Assembly (NCBI RefSeq): GCF_000150275.1 | Contig: NW_002060951.1 | Location: forward strand, 2,490,297-2,554,296 | Source: Trichoplax adhaerens | Lineage: Eukaryota; Animalia; Placozoa | Reading direction: 5' to 3' | DNA length: 64,000 bases | In this document: positions 11,959-25,337 of the stretch, one piece after another | Position numbering within the stretch: position 1 is the first letter of the stretch | Layout of the letters: every line of letters starts with the position of its first letter | Notes under the pieces: generated by a model | The model's database searches: none | The model's input: the letters and a program-made list of their open reading frames with translations, nothing else | What the model was told of the DNA's origin: nothing | Translations under genes and position numbers: made by a program

Positions 11959-13802
11959 ATGACCAAATGTGGATATTTGAATACATTCTTGTCACTCAGA
12001 AAGTCACTTTACCGAGTCAGTTCTTATCGTCAGTTATCCAATTTTGCAGGAGCGTACGGTATGGAGTTGCAAGAAGTAGTAGTTAAACTGGAAAGGTTTG
12101 GTCCAAATTCTTTAGCTGAGAAATGGGATAATGTTGGATTGCTTGTTGAGCCAAGTAAACCTCATTTAGTGAGAAAATTAATGATTACAAATGATTTAAC
12201 CGAAGCTGTCTTAAAAGAATCTATTGCCGAAAAAGCAGATATGATCTTATCGTATCATCCGCCTATATTTGCTCCGTTAAAGAAGTTGACCAACTCTTCT
12301 GTGAAAGAGAGGATATTAGTTAGTGCAATTGAAAACAGGATTGCTGTTTATTCTCCTCATACGATATATGATTCATTAAAAGGTATGTACCTTGTAAAAT
12401 ATGTATACGTACGGTAACCGACCTGGATTGAACGGTGTACTCGCAAGCTTATGTCTAGCGACTAGTAAGGGAACTTGGGTAGTCCCCGATATAACTTACA
12501 GTAATTGCGAAATACTTATTCTTAGACGATAAATACTAAAATTTCTGAACTATTATACATGAAGAGCCTTAATTTAAAATGAGGGCATATTACTGTATAG
12601 TGTATACTTGCAGATATTTGTGCAGACTTTAGGTCTAAAATTGGCTCGACTTAAAACAACAACTTTGTTAGCTTGTTTAAATGTACTACGGGTGATAATC
12701 TTAGGAACTGACCTAATTATATAAGCCACATCGTTACAATTAAAAGGTTTATCTTTGATTAGGCGGGGTTACGGACTGGTTAGCATCGTGCCTAGGGGAA
12801 TATACTACACAACCAGTCATTCCTTTCTTTGACGAGAGTGCCAGTGGATATTACAAGCTAGAAATGTATATTAGCAAAGATAAGCAACACAATTGGTCAG
12901 AAGTACTAAATAATTACAATAAAGAAAACTCAGTTCAGGACATAATTGTATCTGATCTTGTGTGAGTGTAGATTTTCTGTTCATCAAATGATACAGCACT
13001 CCTAAACATCTTTTAATTTTACTTTAATTACTTAGAGATCCTAAAGGTTGCGTTAAATATGGAATTACGTGTTCCAGATCTGGGATGTTTCAGATTCTAG
13101 ATTCGTACCATGAAATGTTTGATAGAAATGATAACCTACAAATTACTAAGCTTTCTAGTGTAAGTTAATCTTCTGATTTCGTACAATTAATACAATTCAT
13201 GTTTTAAGGTCTACTTATTTAATTATTACTTACAATGTGTTACCGTATACTGCTGTTGTTTAGAAACCAATTCTAGGTACTGGATCTGGACGTATTTGTC
13301 GTTTGGTAGAGCCTGTATCTTTACAAATATTGATAGCTCAAGTAAAGAAGCATTTGAACTTATCATCATTGAGGCTTGCTGCAGATTTTTATAAACCTTT
13401 AAGCGTAATGGAAATCTCGGTATTTTAAGAAAAGTCGTTTCTTATTAATACGGTAACTAGAAGGACAGAATACTTTATTTAAATATTAAAATTGCGCTTA
13501 TTTGTTAGGAAAGACAAGAGCATATCGCAAAGAAGTTAATCCGAACGGTAGCCGTGGTTGCTGGAGCAGGTGGTTCCTTGCTAAAAGGTGTAAAAGCTGA
13601 TCTTTATCTAACGGGAGAGATGTCTCATCATGATGTTTTAGCTGCTGTCGCAAGTGGGACGTGTGTCTTGCTATGTGACCACACTAATACTGAACGTGGT
13701 TACCTCTTTAATAAGTTAAAATTGGACTTAGGATCACTACTAGATAATAGAATCGAAATTATTACTTCTAAAGTCGATGGAGACCCTTTGGCCGTGATAT
13801 AA
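11959..13802 (+). CDS. NIF3L1: NIF3-like protein 1 (DUF34 family); exons 11959-12382, 12763-12961, 13036-13159, 13264-13404, 13509-13802; second in-frame ATG at 12061
   Basis: Motifs LAEKWDNVGLLVEP, TNDLTE, SYHPPIF, YSPHT, GGVTDWLA, LTGEMSHH, DHTNTERGYL and D-G-DPL; consistent splice phases. Confidence 0.93.
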
Positions 13803-16370
13803 GGAAACGATTTTAACTGCATGTCTACCGTTTTATTTTAAATCCGACAATAATTATATGCTGGAGATCATTATCCCTAACGTGCAAATCGAGTCATTTA
13901 TTGAAAACTACGGTAATAACAGTCAATATTCGCATTTATAACAACGATGCACCTATTCCGATTTCATTTGCTTTGATTCAACGTCTTCGATATATTTTTC
14001 AACAAGGAAGAAAGAACATGAAAATTGATAAACTCAGTATGACAATGACAAATGTTTTGGCTAATCTTTCTACTTAGTGTTCATTATTAATTTGTTTGGT
14101 TCCGATAATAGTAAATTAGCCCACGTATACATTTTAGCATTACTGACTTGAGTACTACTAGTGGCAGATTGTTTCATTTCAAAGTTTTAGGATATTTTAA
14201 TATGCAAGCTACCTGTAGTTGCAAATTCGTGTAGAGTTTGAATATCGGATGCTTGCATTCTAATAAAGCGTGTAATGCGCTTCAATCATTGTACTGAGGT
14301 ACTCAATAAAGTATATACTACACTGACAGTTTCTGCTACTAACATAACTATTCACTCCAGCAACTATGCCTGTTCAGTGCTCAGGGACACTTCCGTCTGC
14401 ATAATACTATAGCAAGTAATAGTAATGTAACAGGTAGGCTTTGCGAACCTTATGCAACATGGTACATCTTAAAGTTAGACATTTGTTACAGTTTTTCACC
14501 TGTTGCCTGTCCATCTCAGTCTATCAATTACGAATGAGTTTCTTTTTATTATTAGTTAGTTAAGTGATAAACTGACATAATATTTATTTTGTTAGTACAG
14601 TAGTTATACAATGATATCTAATTACTGTTCTAATTAATATATGAGCTCAGAACTTCTTGTTACATAAATATTATGTAACATAATGCAACACGTTACTTTA
14701 GTACTGTACAGTACTGTATTAACAGATGTAAATGCAAATATACACTGTACTGTACAGTAGCCCTAACCATTTTGCATAAATTACTTTGAACACTTCGTTT
14801 AAGCTGTCCTACCGTTACATTAGACGCGAGATGGACGATTTCTTGATTTTTTTTAGATATGTCAATACATGTGCACAGTGCTCAGTACTCAGTGACCTTA
14901 TTTTGTTGTACATGATCTCGAAAATCCTTGCACATAAAGCGTATCCAATATTATTTGTAAGTACAGATATATAAACATCTCCATAATTTAAAACCAAGTA
15001 TTTTTCTTGTATTTAGGATATACGTATATCATACACGTTGAAGCTAGCAAAACGCTATTCTTAAAATTTTTGACCATGATCAGTACATTAATCAAGTATA
15101 ATAGAACATCAAATTTTATTATCATTTTTCACGTTTCTTCCGTTGCCTGTTTAAGGTTGTTATTTACATATATTCTTTTCAAAAAAATTTTTTAATTCTC
15201 TACTACATCACTCTTGCCACTTGGCTTGTATAAATTCAAATTAATACGATTCATAATTTCTGGGATCCATATAAATAGATTACCGTAGTACCTTGATAAC
15301 GATACGGGTGCTTACGGCACATGATTGACCTTTACTCACAATATCTGCACTCTGCAATCACGTAGATGATACAGGGACTTCATTTGTTAATTTCTTTAGT
15401 GAAAGAAATGATGCAATTCTTAAATCTTAACGGGCAAATAATCTTGTTATATAAACGAATTACACTTTTAAGTATCATACGAGGCCATACTCCATAAATT
15501 ATAATGTCTCTATTTTCCTGCAATCATTGCAGCATTCATCAAATAAATTTTATTATAATTATTCTCCTTCCGATTATTGAATACATTATAGTAATCACTA
15601 GATGGTTTCACGGGGGTTGTTGTTGAATAACTATGAAATCTTATGTGGGGTGTGTCCCTCAATAAAGATAGTTTAATAATATATATAATAACTATTAAAT
15701 TAATCGTAGCGTAAAATAATAAAAATTTGCATATTTTTTAGTTTACAGTTAGTCAGAGCTACTTAAACATTTTCAATACGCCATACGTATCTATGATCCG
15801 GCTTATACGTATTTCCAGTTAATTGAAAGTACATACTGTATATCATCACATCTAGAATTGATACACAAAAAAAAGTCGATCGGAATGAGAATGAAGTTAT
15901 CTTAGTCATCTGAGATAAAGTCTGACTTATCGATATAAATATGAAATATCTACCATACAAGACATGCTTCAAGCTTATAAATCTTGTTTATTTTGTCAGA
16001 TAACTAAGTAATTTACGGTCGTATCCGCTATCCAAGAATCACTTGTCATAAATAGAGGGTTGCACTATCAAGCACAAACCCAATCCTAACATTAGTCGCA
16101 AACGCTATATAAGCATAGTGTAGTAAACACTTTCATGCATTTTTGCAAATGTAATTCAGAATATTACATATCTATTCAGAGCATTATGAACTTCGATTAT
16201 ATCGGCAACGTTTAAATAACTACTATTTAAAAATTTAAAAGCCATTACAAATCTCGATATGCATAATATACTCAAAACTGATATTTATTATTTATGAATA
16301 ATATAAATGCTCTTTGTATGAACTTTTTGCGATTTCACTTTGGCGTATTGCATTATTTAGCTTTTAAAAT

Positions 16371-18638
16371 TTACAGTTTTGAGCTATCAGATTGTACATT
16401 TTGCCATTCTAGGTAAGGTACTTTATGACCATCGATAGAAAAATTTTCTGGTAATACTTCCACGCGATAGGTGGTTACATAGTTAGACTTATCCCGTTTT
16501 TCATATTCTACACGATTTACTCTTTCGGATGATATTCTCAATTCAGAGATACTCTTATTCGAAGTGATGCGTCGATTACTTTCTTGCTGTTCGTCTTCTG
16601 GATATAAAGAGTCACCAGGCAGCAACGACTATTTATTAAATTAACGCAGTGAGGTAAGGGCTATCCGCAAAATACTCTTCGGTAGACTTATGGAAAAATA
16701 ATGATTGCGGCAGTATAGTTACAAAATAAATAAAATTACGCTATATAAATACTTACAAGGAGTCCATCCTTGCATTGATAGTGAATAGGAAGATATTGTT
16801 TCGTTGGAAAATTCATGGCCCTATGTCTAGCAAACTGCAAAATTTCTGGTACAGTGTGGAAGCTATATCCGTAAGGTAGAAGAAAGTACTCACTAAACAA
16901 TTGTAGGAACAATATACGCTATAGTTTATCAAGAGTGAAATTTCAGAATTATCGAAAATCTACCATCCGGTCTAGCTAAGCTTAGTTAATTTAAAAGAAC
17001 AGGCTATCTACTACGTAAGACACTTAAGATTTCGCTTCACCTCCTACATAAAAACAATTCTAAAATGCGACACTGCATACATTGTTTAATTAAATTCATT
17101 TACTTGCATAATCTGCTCAATTCATATGTTTGAGGTGGAGCCAGAAAGATCTTTTTGATTGCATGACTCTTTAGTGCTTCTTCTGGAGTTGTCCACTAAT
17201 TTTAGTTTAGCGATGGTAAGTTGTAATTAGACAAAATTATTTATAGAATTATTTATCAGGTATATGGAACCACTAAAAATTGAAGGATGCGAAGTATGCT
17301 AAAGTATTAAAATAAGCTGATTCTCGCTTTAAATCGTTGCAGCGTATCTTATACTAGCATAGAAATATATGTCCTATAATACGAGAAGTACAGTATATAG
17401 AGCTCTTCCAAGACTTATTTGCATGATAGCGAGACTAATATGAGAAGAAGTAAAGTACTTACATGCAAATAGGTTATTTCCGCCTGATCCTGTGATGCAT
17501 TAATTTCACCTTCTGCACAGCATATAAAAAATGCAGTGTCGAATCGCTTGGGATAAGTTCTCGGAGTTAACCAGTTAGACCATTCATATAATGACCAAAT
17601 ATCTGGCAATGAATTGAAGTGTCTGTATTTAAAAAGTGATAATTGTTGTATTAAAAATGTGTAATAAATACAATGGTTATGAACTATAAGTGATTTATGA
17701 GGTTTACAATTATTTGAATTTCGTCTTCTGGCTATAAAACGATGCATAGTTACCTGCATAACTTGAGAAAATTGGAAGAATCTTCATTGACTAGGCGCCT
17801 CCAGTACTGGAGTTGCTGAATTGGCAAGTTATGAGCACTTCCAATGTTACCATGTGATCCGTCTACGGGTAAGCGATTGTGTCTAAAGTTGCGAAGTAAT
17901 AGAACTCCAGATTCTTCAAATGTTTCCCTTATTGCACAAATGCGTAATCCAATGTCAGCTGGAATACACGATTGCCTTAGCTTGTTGTAGCAATCGCAAC
18001 GAGGTAGACAGCTTTTAGGCAAGCTCTGCAAAATTTCTTGCCAATCGAAATGTTGGCAAAACAGATCACGCCACTGCTCACTAAAATCTGTATCTTCAAC
18101 CTTTCCACCGGGGAAAACACAGGCATTTGGCTGAAATTACGATTAAGATATTGGTTATATATCATTACCGGACGTACAGCACAAGATTTAGTATTGTGCC
18201 TTCAGCACTAATGATTTTGCAGTACAACATTGATATATCGATTTAACTAGATGTTATTCAAATCAGGCTTTGAATGCTGATAAAAGTAAATTAGATTGTA
18301 GGGTCGGGCACCGAAGCAAATTCTCCTAATTATAATTACTAGTATGTACGTAAGTAATATGCGAGTATACAGTATACTGGACACGGCAGAATTTCATAAC
18401 AAATGATTAACAGAATAAAAAGACTGGCCAGTCCAGGCCAGGAACGTACTGTACTGTTTGCAGACTTATAAAGATCTAACCGCAGTAGAACTCTCGTGTG
18501 TCAAATAATTTAATTTACCATGAAAGAACTTTTACTACTTCGTTTCAGTAATAGTGTCTCGTACTGAGAATGTGGTTTGCCATTAGAAGGAGAAATTAGA
18601 ATCAATGTAGAAGCATCACTAGGGTTACTTTTCTTCAT
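16371..18638 (-). CDS. NUDT19: NUDT19-like acyl-CoA diphosphatase, copy A, with C-terminal PTS1 (SKL); exons 18638-18519, 18130-17754, 17622-17463, 17195-17104, 16862-16757, 16628-16371
   Basis: LLLKRSSKSSFMPNACVFPGG; interrupted Nudix box ...AIRETFEESG; PDIWSLYEWSNWLTP...RFDTAFF; FLAPPQ.YELSR; LLPGDSLYP; ends SSKL*. Confidence 0.9.
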
Positions 18639-19109
18639 CTTACTTGCGTATGGGCACTTAACCCAATCTTACTACTGCTGAATTATAAAACTACTGTACA
18701 GTATAATTAATTAATTATTAACGCCAATCTTCCTTGTTGGTAACATGGACCACAAGTGTCCACAACCCTGGAGATATACCTTGAATACGCGTGCGTGGTC
18801 GGGCCTAGTGTTAAGTGTATAATTTATTTATTTATATAGACAGTAAGCTCACAAAAATCCTGTACTCTAAAAATACTTCTTGTATAAAGCTTCTGTATTT
18901 TGCGATTAACATCTCTTAATCGCAATCGACAAAGACGTATTTTTGATATGCAAAACTTTAATGCAACCTGAATTGATACTATAAACTGCAAATTCCGTAA
19001 TGAACATTGTGTGATAAGCAGTAGTATTGATGAATTCTGAATACACAGTCCTAACGATTTAGTATTTTGTACTTTTATTTCTTTATCATCCTCGTATTTG
19101 TAAAGTCAT

Positions 19110-19149
19110 GGACTAACTAGAAGAAGACCAGTTCTTCTTCTAGTAGTCC
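19110..19149. repeat. Near-perfect 17-bp inverted repeat (hairpin) between NUDT19 copies A and B
   Basis: ggacta(a)ctagaagaaga-ccagt-tcttcttctagtagtcc. Confidence 0.8.
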
Positions 19150-19631
19150 GTAGTAAAGTAAAGGCTCATATTACGTCCAATAAAGTATATATGTTGGAAA
19201 TTTTGAGTGAGCAAGAATAATTTCCAGTAGCCAATCAGCGTAGTAAATACTGATAGATTCGGTGTTGATGAAAGTAACGCTACTTATTGTATAGGTGTAT
19301 ATTATTAAGAATTCAACTCTATAAGTACGTATCATAGTTAGCCAGGTATGACGCACTGCACGATGACTCAAACATACCTTTTCTAGAATGCTTAATTATA
19401 CTGTATTTTGGAAAGCACTGATTACAGCCATATACTATCGTGCCATCCATTTTGCGTTTCCAATAATTAATAAATTAAATATCTTCGATGATCATTTTAT
19501 CCGATACAAAGTATGAAACCCAGTTTTTATGCAAGAATAAGCAAGATAAAACATGAAAACTAAATTCGAATAATGCTAGTAAGACGCTAGGACCTATATA
19601 ACATTTTATGTGTATATTCTTAATAATTCCA

Positions 19632-22061
19632 TCAAAATAATTGCGGCGGTTTATGGCCGTCAGCAGTATTGATATTGCAATACAGAGTTGACCATGTATC
19701 ATGACTTGGGTTAACTGTATTAGAATATTCTTCATGAAAGACGCAACGATACATATTTTCGGAGGAGCTGTTAACCTGCTCAATTGTCTCACTGTTCCTA
19801 TTTATAAGTACAGCGTCTTCTCCAGGAGCTTCTCCTTCGTAATTTTGCAGAGAAAGTAAATCCAAAGGATACAGTGAATCTCCCGGCATTACGGTCTGAG
19901 AATTTTGAAAAAGCATCATTAAAATTATTACAGTATGTCAATTTATTGCCCTGGCTAGGGATTTAATAAAAGAACTTCGTATGTCTAGCATAAAACATAA
20001 ATTAACAATAAACTCTGCAGTGAATACTCTTCTTAGGTAAATCATCAATATGAGTTAAACACTATGTTTATAACAACAACGATATTATCTTATGAGTATT
20101 TATCAAACGATGATAAAGGTCAATGAAAGAAAATATTATAGCCCGTATATTAACAGTGAATAAATATATTACATACCATATTGCCATCTTTGCATTTGAC
20201 AAGTATCGGCAGATGCAGCAATGTCGGATGGTTACGAGCCCGGTTATACGAAAACTTCAAGACTTCTTCAACTGAACTAAAGCTAATTGAAACTGAAGAT
20301 GAGATTGCAATGTATACTACACTTAGAATAATTAATTTTGAATGTATGCATTCTTAAGTGTGATGGCGCTATTGTACTGTAATTTATACAAAAGGTTTTA
20401 CGTTCCTTGTAAAATTTATGCTGAGAGAAAAGCACAATTGTTAAGTTTACAAATATATACTTAAGCAATCTCGAGAGCTCCACGTTTTGAGGAGGAAATA
20501 GTAGTAGCTTCTTGCTTGCAAACTGTTGGAGTACGCCTAGTGGAGGAGTCCACTAGAGTATAAGATTAAATTAAATATCGTTAATTGGAATGCAATCCTA
20601 CATTGAGTTAATATATTAGGTGATCTGAATTTGATAATATGAGTCTATATTACTCCAATCCAATTATATACACAAGTAAGCAGTAGCAAGCACTAGATCT
20701 ACGCTTTCTGGTACATATTTATTATTGCATACACTAGATATACTCGTACATATTACAGCTAGATACCAATAGCTTTATATTATCAATAGAAATTTTAAAA
20801 TTATCGACCATTTTGTTTCTATCATAGCTAGAGTTGAGGTATTTATACTTATTACTCACGAAGGTTTTCGTGACTTCCCTAGCATCCTCAGACACATCAT
20901 CCATTTGTTCAGTGCAACAAACAAAAAAACTAGTATTGAAGCGTTTCTTAAAACCTGGAGGTGTGAACCAGTTATTCCATTCATATAACGACCAAATATC
21001 TGGTAAAGCTTGCAATTCTCTAAATCATAGTACATGTAATTGTACAGTATGAGTACTATTACTAGTACATAAAATATTATAACTAAACCGTTGTAGATTA
21101 TAAAAATTCAGTTGTACATTAAAACGATTTTACAGGTTTGATAGCATTAAATGCCTAATATACAGTACAGTACTAAGATAATATTAAATCATAAAAGTAA
21201 AGAAACCATAGATGTGCAGTGGATTATTACTAGATTTAACCAGTAATCCATAGATTTGCCTTTACCTACATAAATCCATAAACCTGGTAGCATTCTCACG
21301 TACCATAACCCTCCATTTATTAAGCTCTTCACTAGATATATTTATTGTACTAGCAAAGGTACCTCCGGAATTACTTTCAGGTAGACCGTCAGTCAAGCTC
21401 CGTAATAGCAGTATTCCACTCTCTTCAAAAGTCTCGCGAATAGCAGAAATACGTAGTCCGATATCAGCCGTTAAACTCGAATCTCTCGACCTAGTATACA
21501 AGGACGTACGAGGATCACAGGTTTTTGGTAAGCTTTCAATTAAGTTGAGCCAATCTACTTCTTTCTGATAAATGTTTTTCCAGTCATCACTAAAATCAGC
21601 TTTATCGATCATTCCTCCAGGAAATACCGCAGCTCGAGGCTAAAATTAATAGAAAATACAATATCTATCGTTAAATTCTTAATAACTATGGGACGTATGC
21701 TTGATTAAGTCGTGAATTACCCAATCTTTCAGTGCAACAAGATATGACTAACAGCAAGTAACATCAAAATTCAACTATGCTATGGGATATAACATGCTAG
21801 TTAGCTACGTGATTTACTATTTATCAGGTTTTAATCAGGCAATATATGACGCAAGTACTGTACTGTATATGTATTGACACTGTCTGTAATAATCTAACAG
21901 TAAGTAATCTTCAGATTAGGTTGTACCATGAATGAACTACGGCTGCTTCTTTCCACCATAAGCACCTGAAGATTATTTGCAGATTTTGATGCTCGCTGAC
22001 TGCTACGAGCTAACAGAATAAGCGTTGCTGCTTCATAAATCGCACTTTTGTTCCGGCTCAT
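19632..22061 (-). CDS. NUDT19: NUDT19-like Nudix hydrolase, copy B (no PTS1); exons 22061-21927, 21639-21266, 21019-20860, 20552-20461, 20282-20177, 19895-19632
   Basis: Same six-exon structure and motifs as copy A (EAATLIL, RSSRSSFMPRAAVFPGG, IRETFEESG, PDIWSLYEWNNWFTP, PGDSLYP); ends PPQLF*. Confidence 0.88.
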
Positions 22062-22217
22062 GACGATCGTAAACCTTGATATTTAGATTAGCTAATTAGA
22101 CTAGAACAAAATTATATTATATTATGATGTTATATTTGACTCTCAATGAAGCACTCCTCTGTCAACGCCCAACTGCAAGTGCTGAGAGCCTTATTATCAT
22201 AGGCATAGAGGTAAGAT

Positions 22218-22275
22218 TACAGTACTTCTGTTACAGTGTACGTACTGTACACTGTACTGTACACTGTGTACAGTA
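22218..22275. repeat. CAGTA/TACTG cluster in the NUDT19-B/C divergent intergenic region
   Basis: tacagtac...tacagtgtacgtactgtacactgtactgtacactgtgtacagta. Confidence 0.75.
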
Positions 22276-22506
22276 AAGATTTGATTCAAATTTGTAACCT
22301 CTGACAGGTCTAGTTCAGACAGCGAGGAAAAAGATAGTTTTTGCCATGATGCAAGCATCTCAGTATCACGAATTATTCTAAAGTCAATATGCTGAGCAAC
22401 ACGTATTTACTACATTCTTATTGACGTATTTATAAGAGGTGATACTATAGTATGGCAAAGATTAATTATTAATTAATTATTAAAAATTCTCCAAATTCAT
22501 TATTCA

Positions 22507-25337
22507 ATGACACGAAAGAAGAGCTTATTCTACGAGGCTGCAACTTTGATACTGGTTGCTCATGGCGATGCTACTAATAAATTTCAGGATATTACACGTA
22601 ATGTAATTAAGAGGTCTGCCCCGAAAGTTTTAATGGTACAACGCAGCAGTCAAAGTTCTTTCATGGTACGAATACTAATTCGAGATTGTAATTTAGATAT
22701 TTGCAGTCGCTGTGTCGATCATACGATATTTCATTATAGCATATCCATACACACGTAGATAAACTGCGAAATACGAGTACGTAATCTTGCAGTAGTCACG
22801 AATTTTTTACTTTTCTTTAGATCATAGATTTCGTTTTTTTTATGGGTAGAGGCCAGACTAGAGTTTCTACCTACAATACTTTTTGTATAGCTCTACTGTA
22901 GATTAGAGCTCTTATCTAAAATCAATATCTACTAATGATTTTATTTTAATTTAATTAATTATTAATTTATTTTATTTATAAAGCCGAGTGCGGGCGTGTT
23001 TCCTGGTGGTAGGACTGACAAGGTCGATTTCAGTCCTGAATGGAAGGACATATACACCCAAAAGGTTAGCTGGCAATCAATTTTGGACAGTTTACCGAAA
23101 AGCTGCGATCCCCGACCACCTATATACACTAGAGTGATAAAAGACGTAATTTTGCCTTCCGACATTGGATTTCGTATTTGTGCTATCCGAGAAACGTTCG
23201 AAGAAAGTGGATTACTGTTATTAAGAAATAATCCAGATGGCGCATTCATAAATAATCCTGCAGCACAATATGCTAGCTGCATTACGTTGACACTATCCGA
23301 GTTACAGAAATGGCGAAAGATTATTCGACAAGATGCATCGCAGTTTCTAAGGTTATGCAGGTACGTTTGCTCAAATTGCTGTAATACGTATGTATTGTAT
23401 CGAATAATAATATCTAAAATTTCGCCAGATCTCTAAGTAGTTTCTGCAGTACGATGATATAGAGAAAGCATCCATAACGATGAATTTACAATTATGAAGT
23501 CATATTTGTAATGCAGGAATTTTTGACTATAACTCTCGGTAGAGAATTAGAGGCTGTGCCTGATATTTGGTCGCTACATGATTGGAGTAACTGGTTCACG
23601 CCTGCCGGGTACTCCAAACGCTTTGACACGGCTTTTTTTCTATGCTGCCTAAAAAATACGAAGGACCTAATAAATGATTCGGATTCTGAAGTCAGGAAAT
23701 CATTCGTATGTTGTTACTATAGTTTTCAATAACATTATAATCTAACATTTAAAACTAGATAGCAAATGATTAATTTAAGCTGATTATATATAATTATATT
23801 ATTAATCGAGGGGATAAATAATTATCTCTAGACAATCTTATATGTACTCGTTTACATGTAATTAGAAATTCCAAAAGACGAGAAATTTTAATCTTAATCT
23901 TGTTAGCTAAACGTTAGTCTCGCGATGAGCAAGGTGTCGTCACGAGTACGTATAAGATAGTCTAGAAATGATTATTTACCCTCTTGATGCAAACATTTAC
24001 TATAAAAACAAGAAGTAGATATCTGAAGTATAGTATTATTCTTTTAAAGGTATTTAAATTCTGCGAATTAATTGTTCTTCGGAATTCTTGGAAAATATTT
24101 TTAAATGGTTTAGTGGAGTAAACCTTCGGAAGTACTACGATACCATGTAAACAAAGAATTATTTCTGTATCCTCCACAGATTCATGAGCTATCGAGGTTG
24201 CTTAAGTAAGTGTATAGTTGTCACTGATTAACTCCTTAAAATCATGACGGTACCCTTACGGGTCCGTAAAGATAATAACAATACTAATTGTTAGACTGTC
24301 CTATACAGATATTAATGAAATAACTTTTACTTCTATCATATACTCATGAACAGATTTTATTCTAGACATTATATTAATTGCAGCATTGAAAGTGAAAGAT
24401 TTGCAATCCTATAAAGCAATGTAGTACTAATAGCTGTTACAATACCTGTGTGAGCTTATTACCTCGTGAAGATTGTTGTATTATTGTTAATGCTAATCAT
24501 GCCGTAATACTGTACTCAGTTTTTGTAGTATCATCTTACAGTATCTAACATTGAAATTGCAGAATCTGGCGGTATTTTGCTTAGAATCTAAATACGTAAG
24601 CTTGAAACTTAGCAATCTCATTATTTGGCTTGTTTGTGTATTTACAGCTTTGAAACCGTGCAAGAATTATTGTCATTTTCTCATCATCGACCTAGAAATC
24701 ATAGTACTTTGCAATATTTGACGGTACCAATCAAATGCAAGAACGGCACTATTGTAAGTATATCTGCATATACAAACTTCATAAATATCTGATAAGTTCG
24801 TACGTATTTGCAATTCATCTTATTGCACTGGTGTTGATATAGAAGATACCGAATTTCAGTAATACTATCAAAGATTTATTTACTATTCACACCGTTGTAA
24901 TCGAATTCTTTACTGTAGAAAATAGTAGCAAATAGACTCTTGGATAAAATAAATACATCATTTCTCATTCTTAGCTTACAGGCTAACAGTTATTAATACC
25001 AATATGCATACATAAAAGTAATCATATCGACATTGTATGTATTCAACCAATATCACAGACTGTTTTAAGTGGCGATTCGCTATATCCTATGGATAAGCGA
25101 CCAATTAGAGAAAATATTTTGGTACCAGAAGATGAAATTTGGTATGGAGAATTGATAAATAGAGAAGAAGATACGATTGAACAACTGAATGCCTCCAGTA
25201 CACATTTGCATCGATACGTTTTTCCTAACTTCATGGAACCATTCTCTAAACTTAAAGAAAGTTCGGTATCTATTGTTCCTTATGCAAATACCCGTCTATT
25301 AGATGGTCACAAGCCATTGCAATTATCTTGGCTATAA
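22507..25337 (+). CDS. NUDT19: NUDT19-like Nudix hydrolase, copy C (inverted, no canonical PTS1); exons 22507-22665, 22984-23360, 23543-23705, 24114-24205, 24648-24753, 25059-25337
   Basis: Same six-exon structure; RSSQSSFMPSAGVFPGG, IRETFEESG, PDIWSLHDWSNWFTP, SGDSLYP; ends LQLSWL*. Confidence 0.88.
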
